From assembly GCF_040938485.1 (NCBI RefSeq), contig NW_027272560.1, forward strand, positions 62,001 through 126,000: 64,000 nt of DNA, read 5' to 3'. Within the stretch, counting starts at the first letter, position 1; the number at the start of each line of letters is the position of its first letter. The notes beneath the pieces were generated by a model. The model did not search any database, was not told the origin of the DNA, and was given only the letters and a program-made list of their open reading frames with translations. Source of the stretch: Diadema antillarum (lineage: Eukaryota). Of this stretch, positions 21,476 to 34,661 are shown one piece after another. Both the position numbers and the translations under genes were made by a program.

Positions 21476-23964
21476 CATGGGCGTCACCAGGGGGGTTGCG
21501 TTGGTTGCGGACGCACCCCCCTTCAGACAAAAAAAAAAAAAAAAAAATCACCACTTCTGTCTGCGAGCGACCTCAATGCCTGACGCTAAATAATTATTCT
21601 AGTTTTTTTTAAATACTTTTCTTTCACTTTTTTTTTATTTTGCACAGGGACAACAAAATCGTGGGCAAAAACAATTCTCATCCTGGGCTCTGTCAGCACT
21701 GATTTTATAAATATATACTAGTATTCTACAGTGTTTACTATTTATCGACCGTATGTACTGTACATCCGTACGGTACGGAGCACGTACACGTTTGCATGTA
21801 CGTGCGCTACTTACAAGTACTATGTAGGGTCTATGTAGAGCACGTTACTTCTGACCAATCCATATTGATAATGCGAGCCCAAGTGCGAGCCTTAAAAAAA
21901 AAAATTGGAGGGGCAAGTATATAATTTTGCCCATCCCTTACAATTTCCCAGAAAAAAAAGTTTACCCCCATAAAAACATTGGAAGGACAAACATATTATA
22001 ATTTTGCCCCCCCCCCCATAATTAATATTTAGTGAGATGAGAAGATTTTCTTGCTTTTTGATAGAATAAAAAAGTTGCCTCCATAAAATGTTCGAGGGGC
22101 AAGTGCACCATATCTGCCCCACTCCACATAAAAATAATTCCAGAGATGAAAAGATTTTCTTGCTTTTTTACTTAAAAATCTGTCCAATTATTTCACCCAT
22201 AGTGTGCACCAGATGGCAGGTTGCTGAATTTCAATTCTAAAAAAGCAAAGTCTCTCTCGTGTGGGAGGGGGCTACCTCTTTTCACACCTTCCCCCGTTCG
22301 GTCTATTTTCCATGGACTTAATACACATATAGATTGACAGATTTACAAATGTTTCATTGAAAATGTGCACCAAATCTGTCACTTTACTTAATAAAAAAAT
22401 GCAAAAGTTCCGTCGTGGGGGAGGGGATATTATCTCCTTTCAATTACCAATTAACCCTTTCCCAATGGCGTAGCAAAGGGGGGGGGGGGAGGGCGATCGC
22501 CCTCCCCCCCCCCCCCCCAGATTTTTACCAGGGATTTGGAAGGCGGAAAAAATATAATCGAATATGGGAGAGGTATCTTACCACCCTCCCATTTTCTTGT
22601 CCCTTCTATAGACTTAGACACTATGGGGAATTACAATTTCCAGATTTTCCACAAAAAGTGTGCTTCAGATCGCTTTATTTCAATTCTAAAAACTCAAAAG
22701 CTCCGTCGAGCGGGAGGGGGTATCCCCCTCCCACATCCTCCCCCTATTAGCTCTACCTCACTATACTTTGTATATACACAGAGATGATGCACACTCGGAA
22801 TAAGAGCCATTAACATTTCATCGAAAAAAAAAAACTATTTGTTTAGATTATACAAAATCATCTTCGTTTGGGAGGAGAAATGTCCCTTATGTACACCCTC
22901 GTGTGCATGTTTTTTTTTCTGTTTGATTGCTTAACAGACAGCGTTCATAATATTCAGTGTAAGAATTAATACAAGAAGTTTATCTAAATTACACCATTTT
23001 ATTTAAAGCAAATTGTTTAATAATGATTTAAATCAAAATGTACTGCTACCTTCGTGGGACTGTTCAAGGAGATAAAACAAGCTAAAACATGCATCAAATT
23101 GCACCATTTAAAACATCAAAATGCAATTTCAGTTCTCACCGTGCTAGGGGGGACGACCCCCTCCCACCCCCTCCCACACCCTCCCCCCCCCCCCCCCCCC
23201 CCCCCCCGCTCGCTCCGCTTGCTCGGGCTCGGTCGCGTTCATGACATCAGTGTAAGAATTAATACAAGAAGTTTATTTAAATGATATCATTTATAGGCAC
23301 ATTGTTCAATAACAATTTACATCAAAATGTACTGCTACCTTAAACAAGTGGGGCTGTTTTAAGTCGATAAAACACGCAAAAACCTGCATCAAACTGCACC
23401 ATTTACAACATCAAATTGAAAAAAAGTTCTCACCGTGGGAGGGAGGAACCACCTCCCACACCCTCCCCCTTGCCCCCCCCCCCCCCTTGCCCCCCTCCCT
23501 CCGCTCGCTCTTGCTTGGTCGCGTTAATGATATTCAGTGTAAATATTAAAACAGGAAGTTTATTTGGAAGATACTATTTCATAGGCAAATTGTTCAATAA
23601 TAATCGACATCAAAATATACTGCTATAGATACCTTAAACAAGTGGGACTGTTTCAAGTCGATAAACAAGCAAGGACATGCATCAAATTGCACCATTTACA
23701 ACATCAAAATGCAAAAAGTTCTCACCGTGGGAGGGGTCGCTTCGCTCCCTCGCATACTAACAGCCCCCCCCCCCCCAAAAAAAAAAATGAAATCCTAGCC
23801 ACGCCGGTGCCCTTTCCCCGCTTGGTTTCCCTTAAAAAAAAAAAAAAACTAAAGTCTTGGCTGGGGATTGAGAGCTTCCTGAATTCCAAATGTCTGTCCA
23901 AAAAATCTCGATACATTTAGTGTCAAAACGCACCCCCCTTGAAAAAAAGCTGGTGACGCCCCTG
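21476..23964. mobile_element. Composite non-autonomous element in the inter-unit spacer (outer TIR CA(T/G)GGGCGTCACCAG)
   Basis: 15-bp inverted termini with 1 mismatch; no TSD found, so the two ends may belong to different insertions. Confidence 0.5.
22463..23809. mobile_element. Nested hAT-like element with 8-bp TSD CCCTTTCC and three ~290-bp internal tandem units
   Basis: TIR caatggcgtagc versus reverse complement caccggcgtggc; CCCTTTCC at 22455-22462 and 23810-23817; tandem units begin near 22950, 23246 and 23531. Confidence 0.75.
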
Positions 23965-24894
23965 AGAAGCTTTACCCTTCTGGACGCATTGGGATTGTAA
24001 TCCTGTCCCAAGGCAGAACCATCCGGAATTCTGTGATTATCGGGAGATAATCTTACACATTTCCAGCATTTTGCTAGACTCACGAACGAGCAAACCGTCG
24101 GTTCGTGCGCCATCTTTCTAGCCCATTATGGAAGGCCGAAAATCACACTAATATATATTGCGCGCGCGCATACATTTAACACACAATCACCGCCACATAT
24201 GATGCGCTAATACTAGCCTACGTATGAGAAGCCGAAATTGCAAAAACAATTCAGCGCGAACAGCACAAGCACAAGATGAGCACGTCAGTGGAGGTATGTA
24301 TAAGGGGCAGTAATACCCACCTTGACAAACCTTTATTTGCATTCATTTATTTTTTTCATTTCCAACAGAATCATACAGGAATAGAATGCACACATTATGA
24401 CACCGTATACAATAAACGATATTTACACTCTTGCAAGACATTTTAAGTAAGCAGGGCCGGCGGAACAGGGGATGGGGGGGGGGGGGCTCGGCCACTCCCC
24501 ACTTTTTTTTCACCATAATACATAAGGTGTCACCCACTTTGGGACCCCCAATTTCTTTTCTTTTTTAACCCCGGAAGTGCGTAAGTGGCACTAGAAAGGC
24601 TTTGATTTCCGCTGACTTTTTTGTTTGGTTTGTTTTGTTGTTGTTGGTGGTGGTGGTTTTGTTTTGTTTTGTTTTGTTTTTTTGCTTTTCCACCACACCT
24701 TTCTTTATAAAAATGCTTGCGCGTTCAAGATGGTTGAGATCGAACAGAAATAAGAACGATGTGCTGTTATAATGCAGCCTCCATCTTTATCACTGTTATC
24801 TTTTTAAGGTGGCGTCATTCGCAAAACATCGTAATCGTCTCTTTCCAAATATCAGAATAAGATCATTCCAACCGTGTGTCACTGTCTATAGGCA

Positions 24895-25315
24895 CACAGT
24901 AAGAAATACGGGTTCAAATTTGAACCCCCAAATTATCGCTATACAACCACCCTATAGGGTGCAACTTTGCACCCCAATAAGCAATTTGCACCCTTGGAGG
25001 TGCAATAAGCTGAATTTTTAACCTAAAGGGGTGCGAATTTGCACCCTCAGTTTCGTGCTAATCGAGGGTGCAAACATGCGCCATAAACATTAATACACCG
25101 TGAATTGAAAATTTGGACCACGAGTACCAAGGTTTTACTCGTAAGATCAAACTTACATGCACTCTGATGGATATGTCTGCATCTTTGTAGGTACGAATAT
25201 GAATATCAAGATATTCAATTTTCTACTTGCATAATAAAAGGTGCAAATGTGCACCCCAGGGTGCTGCTATCGGGACAAATAGGGTGCAAATTTGAACCTT
25301 CATTTTTTTAGTGTG
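24895..25315. mobile_element. CACAG/CACAC-terminal MITE with GCACCC/GGGTGC subrepeats, 2-bp TSD (CA/TA), unit 2 only
   Basis: CACAGTAAGAAA...TTTTTTTAGTGTG with subterminal ggttcaaattt/aaatttgaacc; unit 1 empty site ctataggCAtagtgtg at ~7346. Confidence 0.85.
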
Positions 25316-26136
25316 TATAGTGTGTGAAATTAGTGCACATTTGACTTATTGGCACTGAAAGGGTTAAACAGGGGCATAACATTACAGCTATATAACAAAG
25401 AGTGGCAGACAAAACTCGAATCAATCAAACCTGAGAAACAAACGCTTATAATTTTGGATCGATTGAAGCCTATTTAAAACAAGCAAGACGGGAAAAAGTC
25501 TTTGAATGTGTGTCAGGCACAGAAATAGGCCGCTAAAATGCTTCACTTCTTTAATCCTTATCAAAAGTATATAATGCACCCTGATTACTTATGCTGACAT
25601 CTCTTTCCCTTTATTAACATTATGTATATATACCAGTATGCTGTACTGATTATGTAGAAATGGAGAAAAGTTATTGAACTTGAACCTTGAACAAAATGAA
25701 TGATGTGGAGGAAACGCATCAACAGTTATCATAATGTCGCCGTAGGATTGAATCCAAGTGATCAAAAATAGTTTCCCTTACGCTGCAAGGTCTGAAAATA
25801 TATGTAACATAAGCACAGTCTCCCTTACTGCTAATATATACTGAAGCTACTGAAAATCGTAAGAAGTCGAACATTTTCATGCACACATCCTACCTCAAGA
25901 CTGAATGCAATGTTTAGCATTCCCCATACCGAACAATGCCGAATTTGACGACAATTAAAAAAGCGCACCAAAGATTCCAGCTCCTTTTCCACGTACTTTT
26001 CCGCTATTTGCAGAGCTTGGAATCTTGTAATCATAACAGTCCACCGAATCAGTTGATCTGGCATGGTTGTGAATTGTACTACAAATTGTAAAATTTCAGT
26101 TGTTGATTTCGTTGCTCGTGGAAACCAGAGAGACTC

Positions 26137-26230
26137 AATTTAATTCAACTCAATTCATCTTTATTTTCATTTCCATTAAATAAACAAGGAAAATTATATA
26201 CAATGCATTAACAGAACATACCTGTGTAGA
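26137..26230 (-). mobile_element. ~95-bp reverse-oriented LINE tail, unit 2 only
   Basis: Homologous to 62-116 plus 282-297; agact occurs on both sides; absent at unit 1 ~9107. Confidence 0.55.
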
Positions 26231-27546
26231 CTGCGTAGGAGTACCTATAATGAGGGAAAACCAATGCGTAGGCCTATTGACTGGACTACAAGCACTGAAA
26301 TACATCTAGTCGAAGCAGATCCATAATGGATAAGAGGCCTTCAGAAAAAAAAAATCTTATCAAAATGCATTGATAGCTTTGTCTGGTTTTCCTCATAACT
26401 CCCAACAACAACAACAATTGCTTATAAAAGAAATATGACAACACTTGATATTTCATTCTTGTGACGTATGCATCTTCTCGTATTCATGACTGGATTCGTA
26501 ACTGTGAAAAGTTCTGCCCATTTATACCAGGTTATGAGGACAGCGTTGCATAGTTTATCCAAGGTTACCACTGATTTGACTAATAAAGATATACAGGCAC
26601 GTAGGATCAAAATTGACATGCAGATATTTATTTGGAGTTTTGAAAGTCATCGAATGCATTTGGGGATCTCATGTCTCCTCAAGGAATAGAATGATCTGGT
26701 TAAGCTAGTTTGATTCTCTTTTGGTGTAAATTTTCTCGTACTTATTAATGACTAGATTTGTAACTGTGTAAGGTTGTGCCTGTCGTACCAGAAACTGGTA
26801 AAGCGCTTTATTTCCCACCCTTCATTTGTTATTAAAGAAATCGAAATGTATGATACATCATGATATTTTGGATTCATTGAAGACTAGGGATTCCTTTGAG
26901 GAAGTTGAGATAACCATGTACCTCTTTTACATTATTTGCAAATAGGCGCGTGCAAATATGGGTAGCCATGCAGTACTACTTTTGTGCGAGCATTTTTTTA
27001 TTCTTGCTCAGCCTATATTTGTTACTTGCTTTGTGAATATTGACCCATTACGCCCTCCCTCAATACACTCACCTTTTGACTCTGGCAGGCCATAAAACCA
27101 ACCCGGATCTTTCTCCCACTATTTACAAGCGATTTGTTAATGTTATTCATGATTACGAAATGTCGAATATAGGGTATCACGGTGCGATACGTTCAGTTCT
27201 TAGGAATACATGTGCTGTCCTTCATCAAATATCTAAAGCTAATCTATCTATGACGAATTGTCCATCTTGCATTACACCAGTTCGTATTCAATCAAATTTC
27301 ATCACACAGTCAATGACAGTGTCAAAACAGTTGGATAATTTAAAAGTCATAAGTGTAATGCCAATAATGCCAATATCTATTAAATTTCAATGCAATTCAA
27401 ATTATTCTATTTCCATACAAAGTAATGCAAGATAATATACATAACGCTCTCATGAGTAAGGAATTTCAAATCACATAAATTCCAATAGTATATAATGCAA
27501 TCATGGTAATTTTGTCTTTATATTTCGATAAATGAAATAAGTAAGC

Positions 27547-27992
27547 CAGGGCTCGACACTAACGGTGGCCCGGTGGCCCGGGGCCACCAAAAATGAAAGT
27601 CGGGCCACCAAATTTAAAAAAAAGGGAAAATTTGGTGGCCCGCCTCGGGCCACCAAATTTTTTTGAAAAGTATGTCAATAAATTCGTAACTTTTTGCGCC
27701 GGAAATTAGCAGTTAAATTTGTTTAAAGGATGAAAAGGACTGAATGAGTGCCTGAGAGTGAGTGTTGCAAGTTTGTTGAAGTCTATTTATGAGTAGATAA
27801 TTATGTCCAACTTCTAATTCTTACTATCATAAAACTTAAATATTTGACTCATTAAAAAAAAAGGATTTTTAATGTTTTTTATTGTTTCTTTTCGGGACAC
27901 CAAATTCTTCTCTCGGGCCACCAAAAATTTGAAATGTAGGATTTTGGTGGCCCCATCGGGCCACCAAACAAAAAAGTTAGTGTCGAGCCATG
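27547..27992. mobile_element. Longer member of the same CAGGGCTCGACACTAA MITE family, 7-bp TSD (AGTAAGC), unit 2 only
   Basis: AGTAAGC at 27540-27546 and 27993-27999; unit 1 empty site ctaAGTAAGCgattaaaat near 10455; 364 bp upstream of the A2 ATG. Confidence 0.92.
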
Positions 27993-28356
27993 AGTAAGCG
28001 ATTAAAATTATATTGTACATTTGTATAACTGTATATGGAAAAAGAGAAATCCACAAGAAAATCAAAGCTTGTAAATTTTGTGAATTACTAGTTGAAGATA
28101 ATGGCATCTCAAGATCAACCAAGGACTCCATGTATGAAAATCTTAACATCATGACGTCAGAGAAAGGAAAGAGAAAAAAAGATTATAACAAGGACAAGGA
28201 CGAAAACAAGGACATACAGCATATGCCAAGGAAATACAGCATACTAGACACTCGTATTTGATATGGTATTTGTAATGATGTCCTTTCCCACGATTTGTTG
28301 AGTGCTGTTGTATCATCTTTGCAGATAAAGCCGACGGCTGAGAACATCATCTCCCG

Positions 28357-29700
28357 ATGGGGTCAGAGGGAATTTCAGTTGCAACAAGCACGTTGTCGAT
28401 GCCAACGGGCCCCCAGTTGTTCGAGTTCAACGACTACACCCAGCGAATCATCATCGCGGTCGTTGTTGGTGTGGTATTCCTTCTCGGCACCTCGGGCAAC
28501 GGTCTCGTCATCCTCGCCGTCCTGCTCTCCAGAAAGTTGCAATCGTCGACCAACTGGTTCGTTGTCAACCTCGCTTGCGCAGACCTGTTCACATGCCTCT
28601 GCTTGCCTTTCAACATAGTGGCCTTGCTGAGCCGCGACGGATGGCCACTTCCCGACTGGATATGCGCCGCAGCTTCGGCCGTGACTCTTACGTGCCTCGG
28701 CGCTAGCGTTATGACCCTGGCGTTAATTGCCTTCAATCGATGGTATCTTCTCACGCAACCAGCGGCAAAGTTCCAGAAACTGTACACAAAGGGCAAGATA
28801 ATTGTGATGGTGATCGCTGCATGGATGTACCCCTTTCTTCTCGTGATAGTTCCGCATTTTGCTGGGCTCGGAAAGCTTGGTTACTCCAATGAGTACAAAA
28901 CATGCACGCAGGATACATCCTTACCTACATCAGAGTTCTACAGCCTGCTAGCCGGTGTCATGGCCATCATACCCGTATTCCTCGCCGTGGTGATCATCTA
29001 CGTAAGAATCTACCGCTTCGTCACGAAGCAGATGAAACACATGGCTACGTTGAGGGAGACTGGTCCCGCGAGTTCGGGGACGCGGTCCGCTATTGCTGTG
29101 GAAATGATTTCCTCAGAAGTTACTTCAGACGATGCAAGTACAACGACGACAACCAAAGCACCCTCAAGTAAGAGTCTCGCCACATTGAATAGCGATCTCG
29201 ACTCTTCTCAACTCAGCCTTCCTCCACCACCAGATGAAACTCTGAACGAGGCAGCTGTGGAACCGAGGCCAGATGATACCAACGGTCCTGATCAAAGCTC
29301 AAGGAGAATTACTGAAGGGAATTCTAACCCTTCAAACTCCGCAGCAGCAGATCAGACGCCGCCACCCAAACAGGATAAGCGATCGTCAGTAGGAAATGCG
29401 AAGGCGTCAAGCAAACCAGCATCCTCTAAACTAGATCGTCACCATGTCCGTGTAACCAAGAGACTTGCAGTCGTTGTAGTTGCCTTCTTCATCTGCCTAT
29501 TACCTTTCGGGGTTAGCGTCGCTGTTCCGCCGAGCGACCCAGGAATTCCCTGGACAGGTCTGCTTGTTTCGTTTAACAGCTGCATCAATCCCATGATATA
29601 CGCAAGGACCATGCCCGATTTTCGAAAAGTGATGGGGTGCATCGTTCGCTGCTCCTGTAGGAGTATTCCTCAACCTGTAAGCTGCATAAGACGGCATTAG
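28357..29700 (+). CDS. Orphan class A GPCR 'A2', 447 aa, duplicate of A1
   Basis: Intact ORF; 6 amino-acid differences from A1 (T6I, Y126F, V246I, N251I, S318I, P348A) and ~12 synonymous differences by hand count. Confidence 0.95.
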   Translation: MGSEGISVATSTLSMPTGPQLFEFNDYTQRIIIAVVVGVVFLLGTSGNGLVILAVLLSRKLQSSTNWFVVNLACADLFTCLCLPFNIVALLSRDGWPLPDWICAAASAVTLTCLGASVMTLALIAFNRWYLLTQPAAKFQKLYTKGKIIVMVIAAWMYPFLLVIVPHFAGLGKLGYSNEYKTCTQDTSLPTSEFYSLLAGVMAIIPVFLAVVIIYVRIYRFVTKQMKHMATLRETGPASSGTRSAIAVEMISSEVTSDDASTTTTTKAPSSKSLATLNSDLDSSQLSLPPPPDETLNEAAVEPRPDDTNGPDQSSRRITEGNSNPSNSAAADQTPPPKQDKRSSVGNAKASSKPASSKLDRHHVRVTKRLAVVVVAFFICLLPFGVSVAVPPSDPGIPWTGLLVSFNSCINPMIYARTMPDFRKVMGCIVRCSCRSIPQPVSCIRRH

Positions 29701-30499
29701 AATCGAACTTTAGTGTTAGACACGTTAGAAACGTTCGCTGTTCATGAAAGAGTGCAAGACGACGTCTGCGATATTTCTGACATTTTTTCGAGTCTTCTCG
29801 TGCGACTTTGATAAATCTATAAATGCCTATCATACGCTTACATAATACTTGTCACACTCACATCGATTCAGAAGAGAACTGATTTTATGCTAGAGTATTA
29901 CATCAAGGTAATATCAACAAAAACGTATAAATATTGCTTTCCAATACATCTTTTGTGCATGCAGTTTGTTTTGGTGTTATGTACCTGGTATTTACATGTA
30001 CGTATGTATAATAAGATCAGAGAATCTGGAACATGGTAAACATTTTACCATCATACATCGTGTATATTTCAAATATATTACAGGCTGTAGTTTACATTTA
30101 AACCAATAAAGCCTCAGTTTTTAAAGTGATATCAATGCATTTACGTCGTCAGAAAGCTTCTACCTGAAATGAATTTCTCTCAATTGTAAATAGAAAACCA
30201 ACCAATTGCACGAGACCATTATGAGGGCTTTTTATGATTAAGTTCACTAATAACAGAACAGTGCTATATATTTCTAGGTGTCTAGACTGGATGTTTTTCA
30301 CTCCCTTTTAATTCTGCTGTAGGAAAAGTGAATGATTCATGTTGTGACATATTCCTAACATATATACATTAAATGCAGTGCCGTATATCTTTTATACGGC
30401 TCTAATTAAACGTATAGGGACATCAATTCATTGCGCAAAACCACGCCCTCATTAGCATGCACGAATACAAATACGTACACCAAGTCCACGGGTGCACGT

Positions 30500-30762
30500 C
30501 ATGAGACCGACGCCCACGAGCCATACAGCCCAAGAGTCATACAGCCCATGAGTCAGACAGCCCACGAGTCATACAACCCATGAGTTCGTCACTAAGCAAA
30601 TAAGGCCCATGAGTTCGACATTACAACACGGGACTTCCAATGTGTCGGTCTCGTGGACCTTGTTTGCTTAATGTGGAACTCATGGGCTGTAGGACTCGTG
30701 GACTGTATACCTCGTGGGTTGTTTGACTCATAGGCTGTCGACTCGTGGGTGTCGGTCTCGTG
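30500..30762. mobile_element. Unit 2 copy of the same foldback element, with more subrepeats in the left arm
   Basis: gagtcatacagcccat-type unit repeated about 4-5 times on the left; ACGT flanks at 30496 and 30763. Confidence 0.75.
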
Positions 30763-30962
30763 ACGTCTCGTGGAATGACCCTCTTAGATTACCGATATGA
30801 TTGAACTTTTTCTTTTGTGTATGAGTTATGCAGAGTATATTAAAGAATATCAAATTATAAGAGAATGTCACCTGACTTGCTTACATGAATCACCTATGTC
30901 TATGTTTGGCCTTGTTTGGTCTGTTTGTTTGCATGTTATCCAGAAATTTTATGACTCGAATA

Positions 30963-31052
30963 TCCTTTTGTAAAATGTCAAATGTTTAATGAATTGGTTA
31001 AATAAACTTGAAACTTGAAACTTGAAACTTGAAACTTGAAACTTGAAACTTG
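30963..31052 (+). mobile_element. Very short LINE 3'-tail insertion with (AAACTTG)7, unit 2 only
   Basis: aataaa followed by seven heptamer copies at 31004-31052; absent at unit 1 ~13490-13505. Confidence 0.6.
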
Positions 31053-32704
31053 ACCGTCGTTAATGAGGAAACTTTAGAGGGAATTTCGCAAGAAATACGA
31101 TGCTGTGGCACAGATTGGCTTCCCGTTAGGACCTCTGCGCATGGACCGTAATGACGCTCTCTTAATCCCTACACTTATCCGTCGAGTTCATTGTCACGTA
31201 AACAGCAGGGATAGCCAGGGGATTTATTTTTTCAAACTTCCTTGTTTGCCTGATGAGAAAGTTCATAAAAGAATCTTTCCAACTCGAGTGATAACATATG
31301 AAAATTCGATGGACCCTACTGACAACTAGCAGTTGGCCCGACATTTGGTGATCTATAAGGTAGGTTAGGATTTATAATGTTACCTCATAGCGAGTTCATA
31401 TCTGTCTTCGTACAACGTGGATAAGCATGAAGAGTGATCAGTGAAGTAGACCTGTACACTTTCTTGGCTTCGATACTATCTCTTAAAGTCTGTAGAAAAT
31501 TATTAGGGATAGACTCCTTCATCTATCATTATTGTAGACTTTGGGTTAACGTACATCTCCTTTCAATCCATTGGATAATGAAATGTAAAATGATTATGTT
31601 CTTCCTGGTATTTGCTTTCACACAGGAAAGCCAATCAAAATAGTCAGAATCACTAATTATTCCTGCGACAGAATAATGTTCTGACTGTGTTATTTAGTGT
31701 TTTATATCATGGTGATGAATTACATCCACCGTTTAAGCATTGAGCTATAAAATGTTGCAAATCAGAAAATGACATGTTGAACATCTCTATGTACCATGTT
31801 CGTAAATTACATACAGGTATGTATGTCTGTCTGTAGACTACTTTGATCGTCTCTCCCATGAGATAAGCTAAAATGTGTTGCATACTTTCCCGTCAAGATT
31901 TAGGAGAGCTGAACTATTGCGCAGGAAGAGCTTTTCCGGTTAAGGAGTTGCTACAAGTATTAAAGTCGAGGGTGACACGTTCTCATTCAGGATATATTGG
32001 ATTTTACTGGATATGTGAGAAGGTAATACAGCACTGCTGTAGCGAGGAATATTCTGTCATGCCGTTAGAGCTAAAGGGACGTTGTGTTTGACACACGCTG
32101 GCAGATTTGAAAAGTGACTGTTGCCATATCCTGCTACGTCTTTATCTACCAGTTCCGTTTGGGTCTGAGTAATCACCACATAGTGGCACGCAACATGTCT
32201 CCTGTGTGCTTTACATAGGCATATTCCGACACAATTGTCATGGCGGATTGTGCTAACGACACAGAGTTGCTAAATACATTAAAGGCATATGGAAGAACAT
32301 GGCAAACACGGAATTCTAACAGTAGACCAATTACCCTTTCTGTTTTGAATGAATGCTGGCGCTGCAAAGTTTCACTTTTATTATTTCATGGAGTGGAGGG
32401 GTCGTAGGTTGAAATCATTTTTGAATACTATTACTGGACCCAATCATATTAGTCAATATTGATCAAATTTTATATCGCGCAATGGGTAATTGCAGGAGAT
32501 TACTTGTGCAAATCGTAACAATTATTCCAATCAGTAGGCAGCGGTAGACCTATATCTTACAGTAATGCATAGTTCTCAACCCATTTGGCAACAATTTGTT
32601 GCTCTAATAATTTATAGTGCTACGCCCTTTGGAAATATTTCAATTCAGTTCAATTTAGGTTGATTTTATTTCTGCATTTTTCTACGGATATCATACATGA
32701 AAAT

Positions 32705-33216
32705 GATAAATTGTTGCCAACTGGGTTGCCCAATGAAATTCGTAACGCATCAACTTTAAGATCTTTTCAAATGTCATTATCTGATTATCTACATAGAGCA
32801 TTATGGTAAAACAAGGACTCAATGGAGTACCAAATGTAACAGCCACTTCTTTTTTCTCTTTTTTTCTCTTTTTTTGAGGGGGGTATATGAGTCTTGCCTT
32901 TTCTTTTGTAAATTTGTTCTCCTCCTCTTATTTTCTTTTTCTTGCTCTGCTTTTCTCTACCTATCTCTGATTATTGTTGACTCTCACTGTACCAGTTCGA
33001 TATATGATTCTCATTATTTTTTCTTTTGTTTTGTATATACAGTGTATTATTCTTGCATTGTAAATTTGGGACCCTGTGGAAGAACAGACATATTTTGAAA
33101 ATATGACTGAACAGGCAATCCCCCGTTTCTTCTGTACGTATATGCAATGCATAACTTGTAATGTGTGTATTCTTTATATGAAGATGGAAATAAAACAAAC
33201 AATAACAAACATACAA
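32705..33216 (+). mobile_element. ~510-bp unit-2-only insertion ending in a LINE-like 3' tail, ~115 bp upstream of the B2 ATG
   Basis: Absent between catgaaaat and acacgtgtatctg in unit 1 (~15100); gggaccctgtggaagaacag motif, aataaa and (caaa)-type tail. Boundaries approximate. Confidence 0.6.
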
Positions 33217-33330
33217 ACACGTGTATCTGACAACAACAACAACAACAACAAAAATATTTCATTTAATCTTAAAAACCGTTTTCCGTCCCAACTCTAATTT
33301 ATGTTAATTTTAGAACGGTTAGAAGGAAAG

Positions 33331-34602
33331 ATGGCGGCAAATGACACCGAAGACAGCAACGGGCTCTTCGTATTTGATGACTACAACCAACGAATCGTCA
33401 TGGCTGTCTGCATGCTTGCCGTCGCCGTTACCGGCACCGTGGGCAACAGCCTCGTCATCCTCGCCGTCGCACTCTCAAGGAAACTCCAGTCGGCGACGAA
33501 CTGTTTCGTGCTCAACCTGGCCTTCGCTGATCTCATCACGTGCCTCTTTCTCCCGTTCGGCATCGTGGCCCTTCTCAGCAAGGGTGGATGGCCACTCCCC
33601 GGATGGATATGCGCGGTTGCAGCTGCGATGGGCCTCATCTGCTTGGGCGCGAGCGTCATGACCCTGGCACTTATAGCGTACAACAGGTGGTATCTTCTCA
33701 CAAAGCTTAAAAGCGACTTCCAGAGAGTCTATACCAAGAGGAATATCATCCTTATGATCATCATAGCTTGGCTGTATCCCTTCGTCCTGGTAGTCGTGCC
33801 ACACTTTGCTGGTCTAGGAAAGCTTGGCTACTCCAATGAGTACAAGATGTGCACTCAAGATACTTCTCTTCCCACCTCCGAACTATACAGCCTCTTTGCG
33901 GGGGCGTTTGCTATCATACCCGTGTTCACAGCCATCGTCATCATCTACATTCGCATATTCAGATTCGTTACTCAGCAGAGCAAGAAGATGTCCGCAGTGA
34001 TGACGGCAACACCGGCATGCTCTAGCAGACCTGTCCATGTGACAATCGAGACGAGCTCGTCAAGCGGAACTCCACTCACAGAGGTTACGTCGACAGGTGA
34101 CTCGAGTACAGAAAGCAAGTCACACTACGATCAAGCGGAGGCTGACACAGATATCCAACACCATCAAGTTACAACGAGCTCAACGACTGAGGGCGCTTCA
34201 GTTGAGTCAAAGACATCAGTCAATAATGTAAGTGGTACAGAAAGAAAAACATCCCAGAGAATTCCTGAATCAAAAGGAGGTAAAACCAACACCAAGCAAC
34301 AAAGGTCAGGGACAAAGTCTCCTAGACAACTAAATAGGTATCACGTGACAGTCACCAAGAGGTTGTCTGTCGTAGTTCTGGCGTTCTTCGTCTGTCTCCT
34401 ACCCTTCGGCATCAGTGTCTGTATCCCTCCGAGTGATCCCGGCATCCCTTGGACCGGGCTCCTAATGACAGTCAACAGCTGCGTGAATCCCCTCATCTAC
34501 GCACGAACCATGCCCGTGTTCAGGGACGTTATGGCCTGCCTCCTCCGCTGTCGGTTCAGGCAGATTCCGGAACCAGTTGGGTTCATAAGACGTAGGATTT
34601 AA
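33331..34602 (+). CDS. Orphan class A GPCR 'B2', 423 aa, duplicate of B1
   Basis: Intact ORF; 29 amino-acid and ~25 synonymous differences from B1 by hand count. The ATG at 33331 aligns with B1 15230. The longer track start at 33301 lies in pyrimidine-rich, acceptor-like sequence not shared with B1. Confidence 0.93.
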   Translation: MAANDTEDSNGLFVFDDYNQRIVMAVCMLAVAVTGTVGNSLVILAVALSRKLQSATNCFVLNLAFADLITCLFLPFGIVALLSKGGWPLPGWICAVAAAMGLICLGASVMTLALIAYNRWYLLTKLKSDFQRVYTKRNIILMIIIAWLYPFVLVVVPHFAGLGKLGYSNEYKMCTQDTSLPTSELYSLFAGAFAIIPVFTAIVIIYIRIFRFVTQQSKKMSAVMTATPACSSRPVHVTIETSSSSGTPLTEVTSTGDSSTESKSHYDQAEADTDIQHHQVTTSSTTEGASVESKTSVNNVSGTERKTSQRIPESKGGKTNTKQQRSGTKSPRQLNRYHVTVTKRLSVVVLAFFVCLLPFGISVCIPPSDPGIPWTGLLMTVNSCVNPLIYARTMPVFRDVMACLLRCRFRQIPEPVGFIRRRI

Positions 34603-34661
34603 GGGTCAGCTTTCGTTTGAGTTTGATATATTTTCATATTTCTCAAAGATGATGACTTTAA

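Noticed and set aside
27040-27435. 131-aa ORF in unit 2
   Set aside because: The unit 1 counterpart has frame-disrupting indels and stops; no homology recognised.
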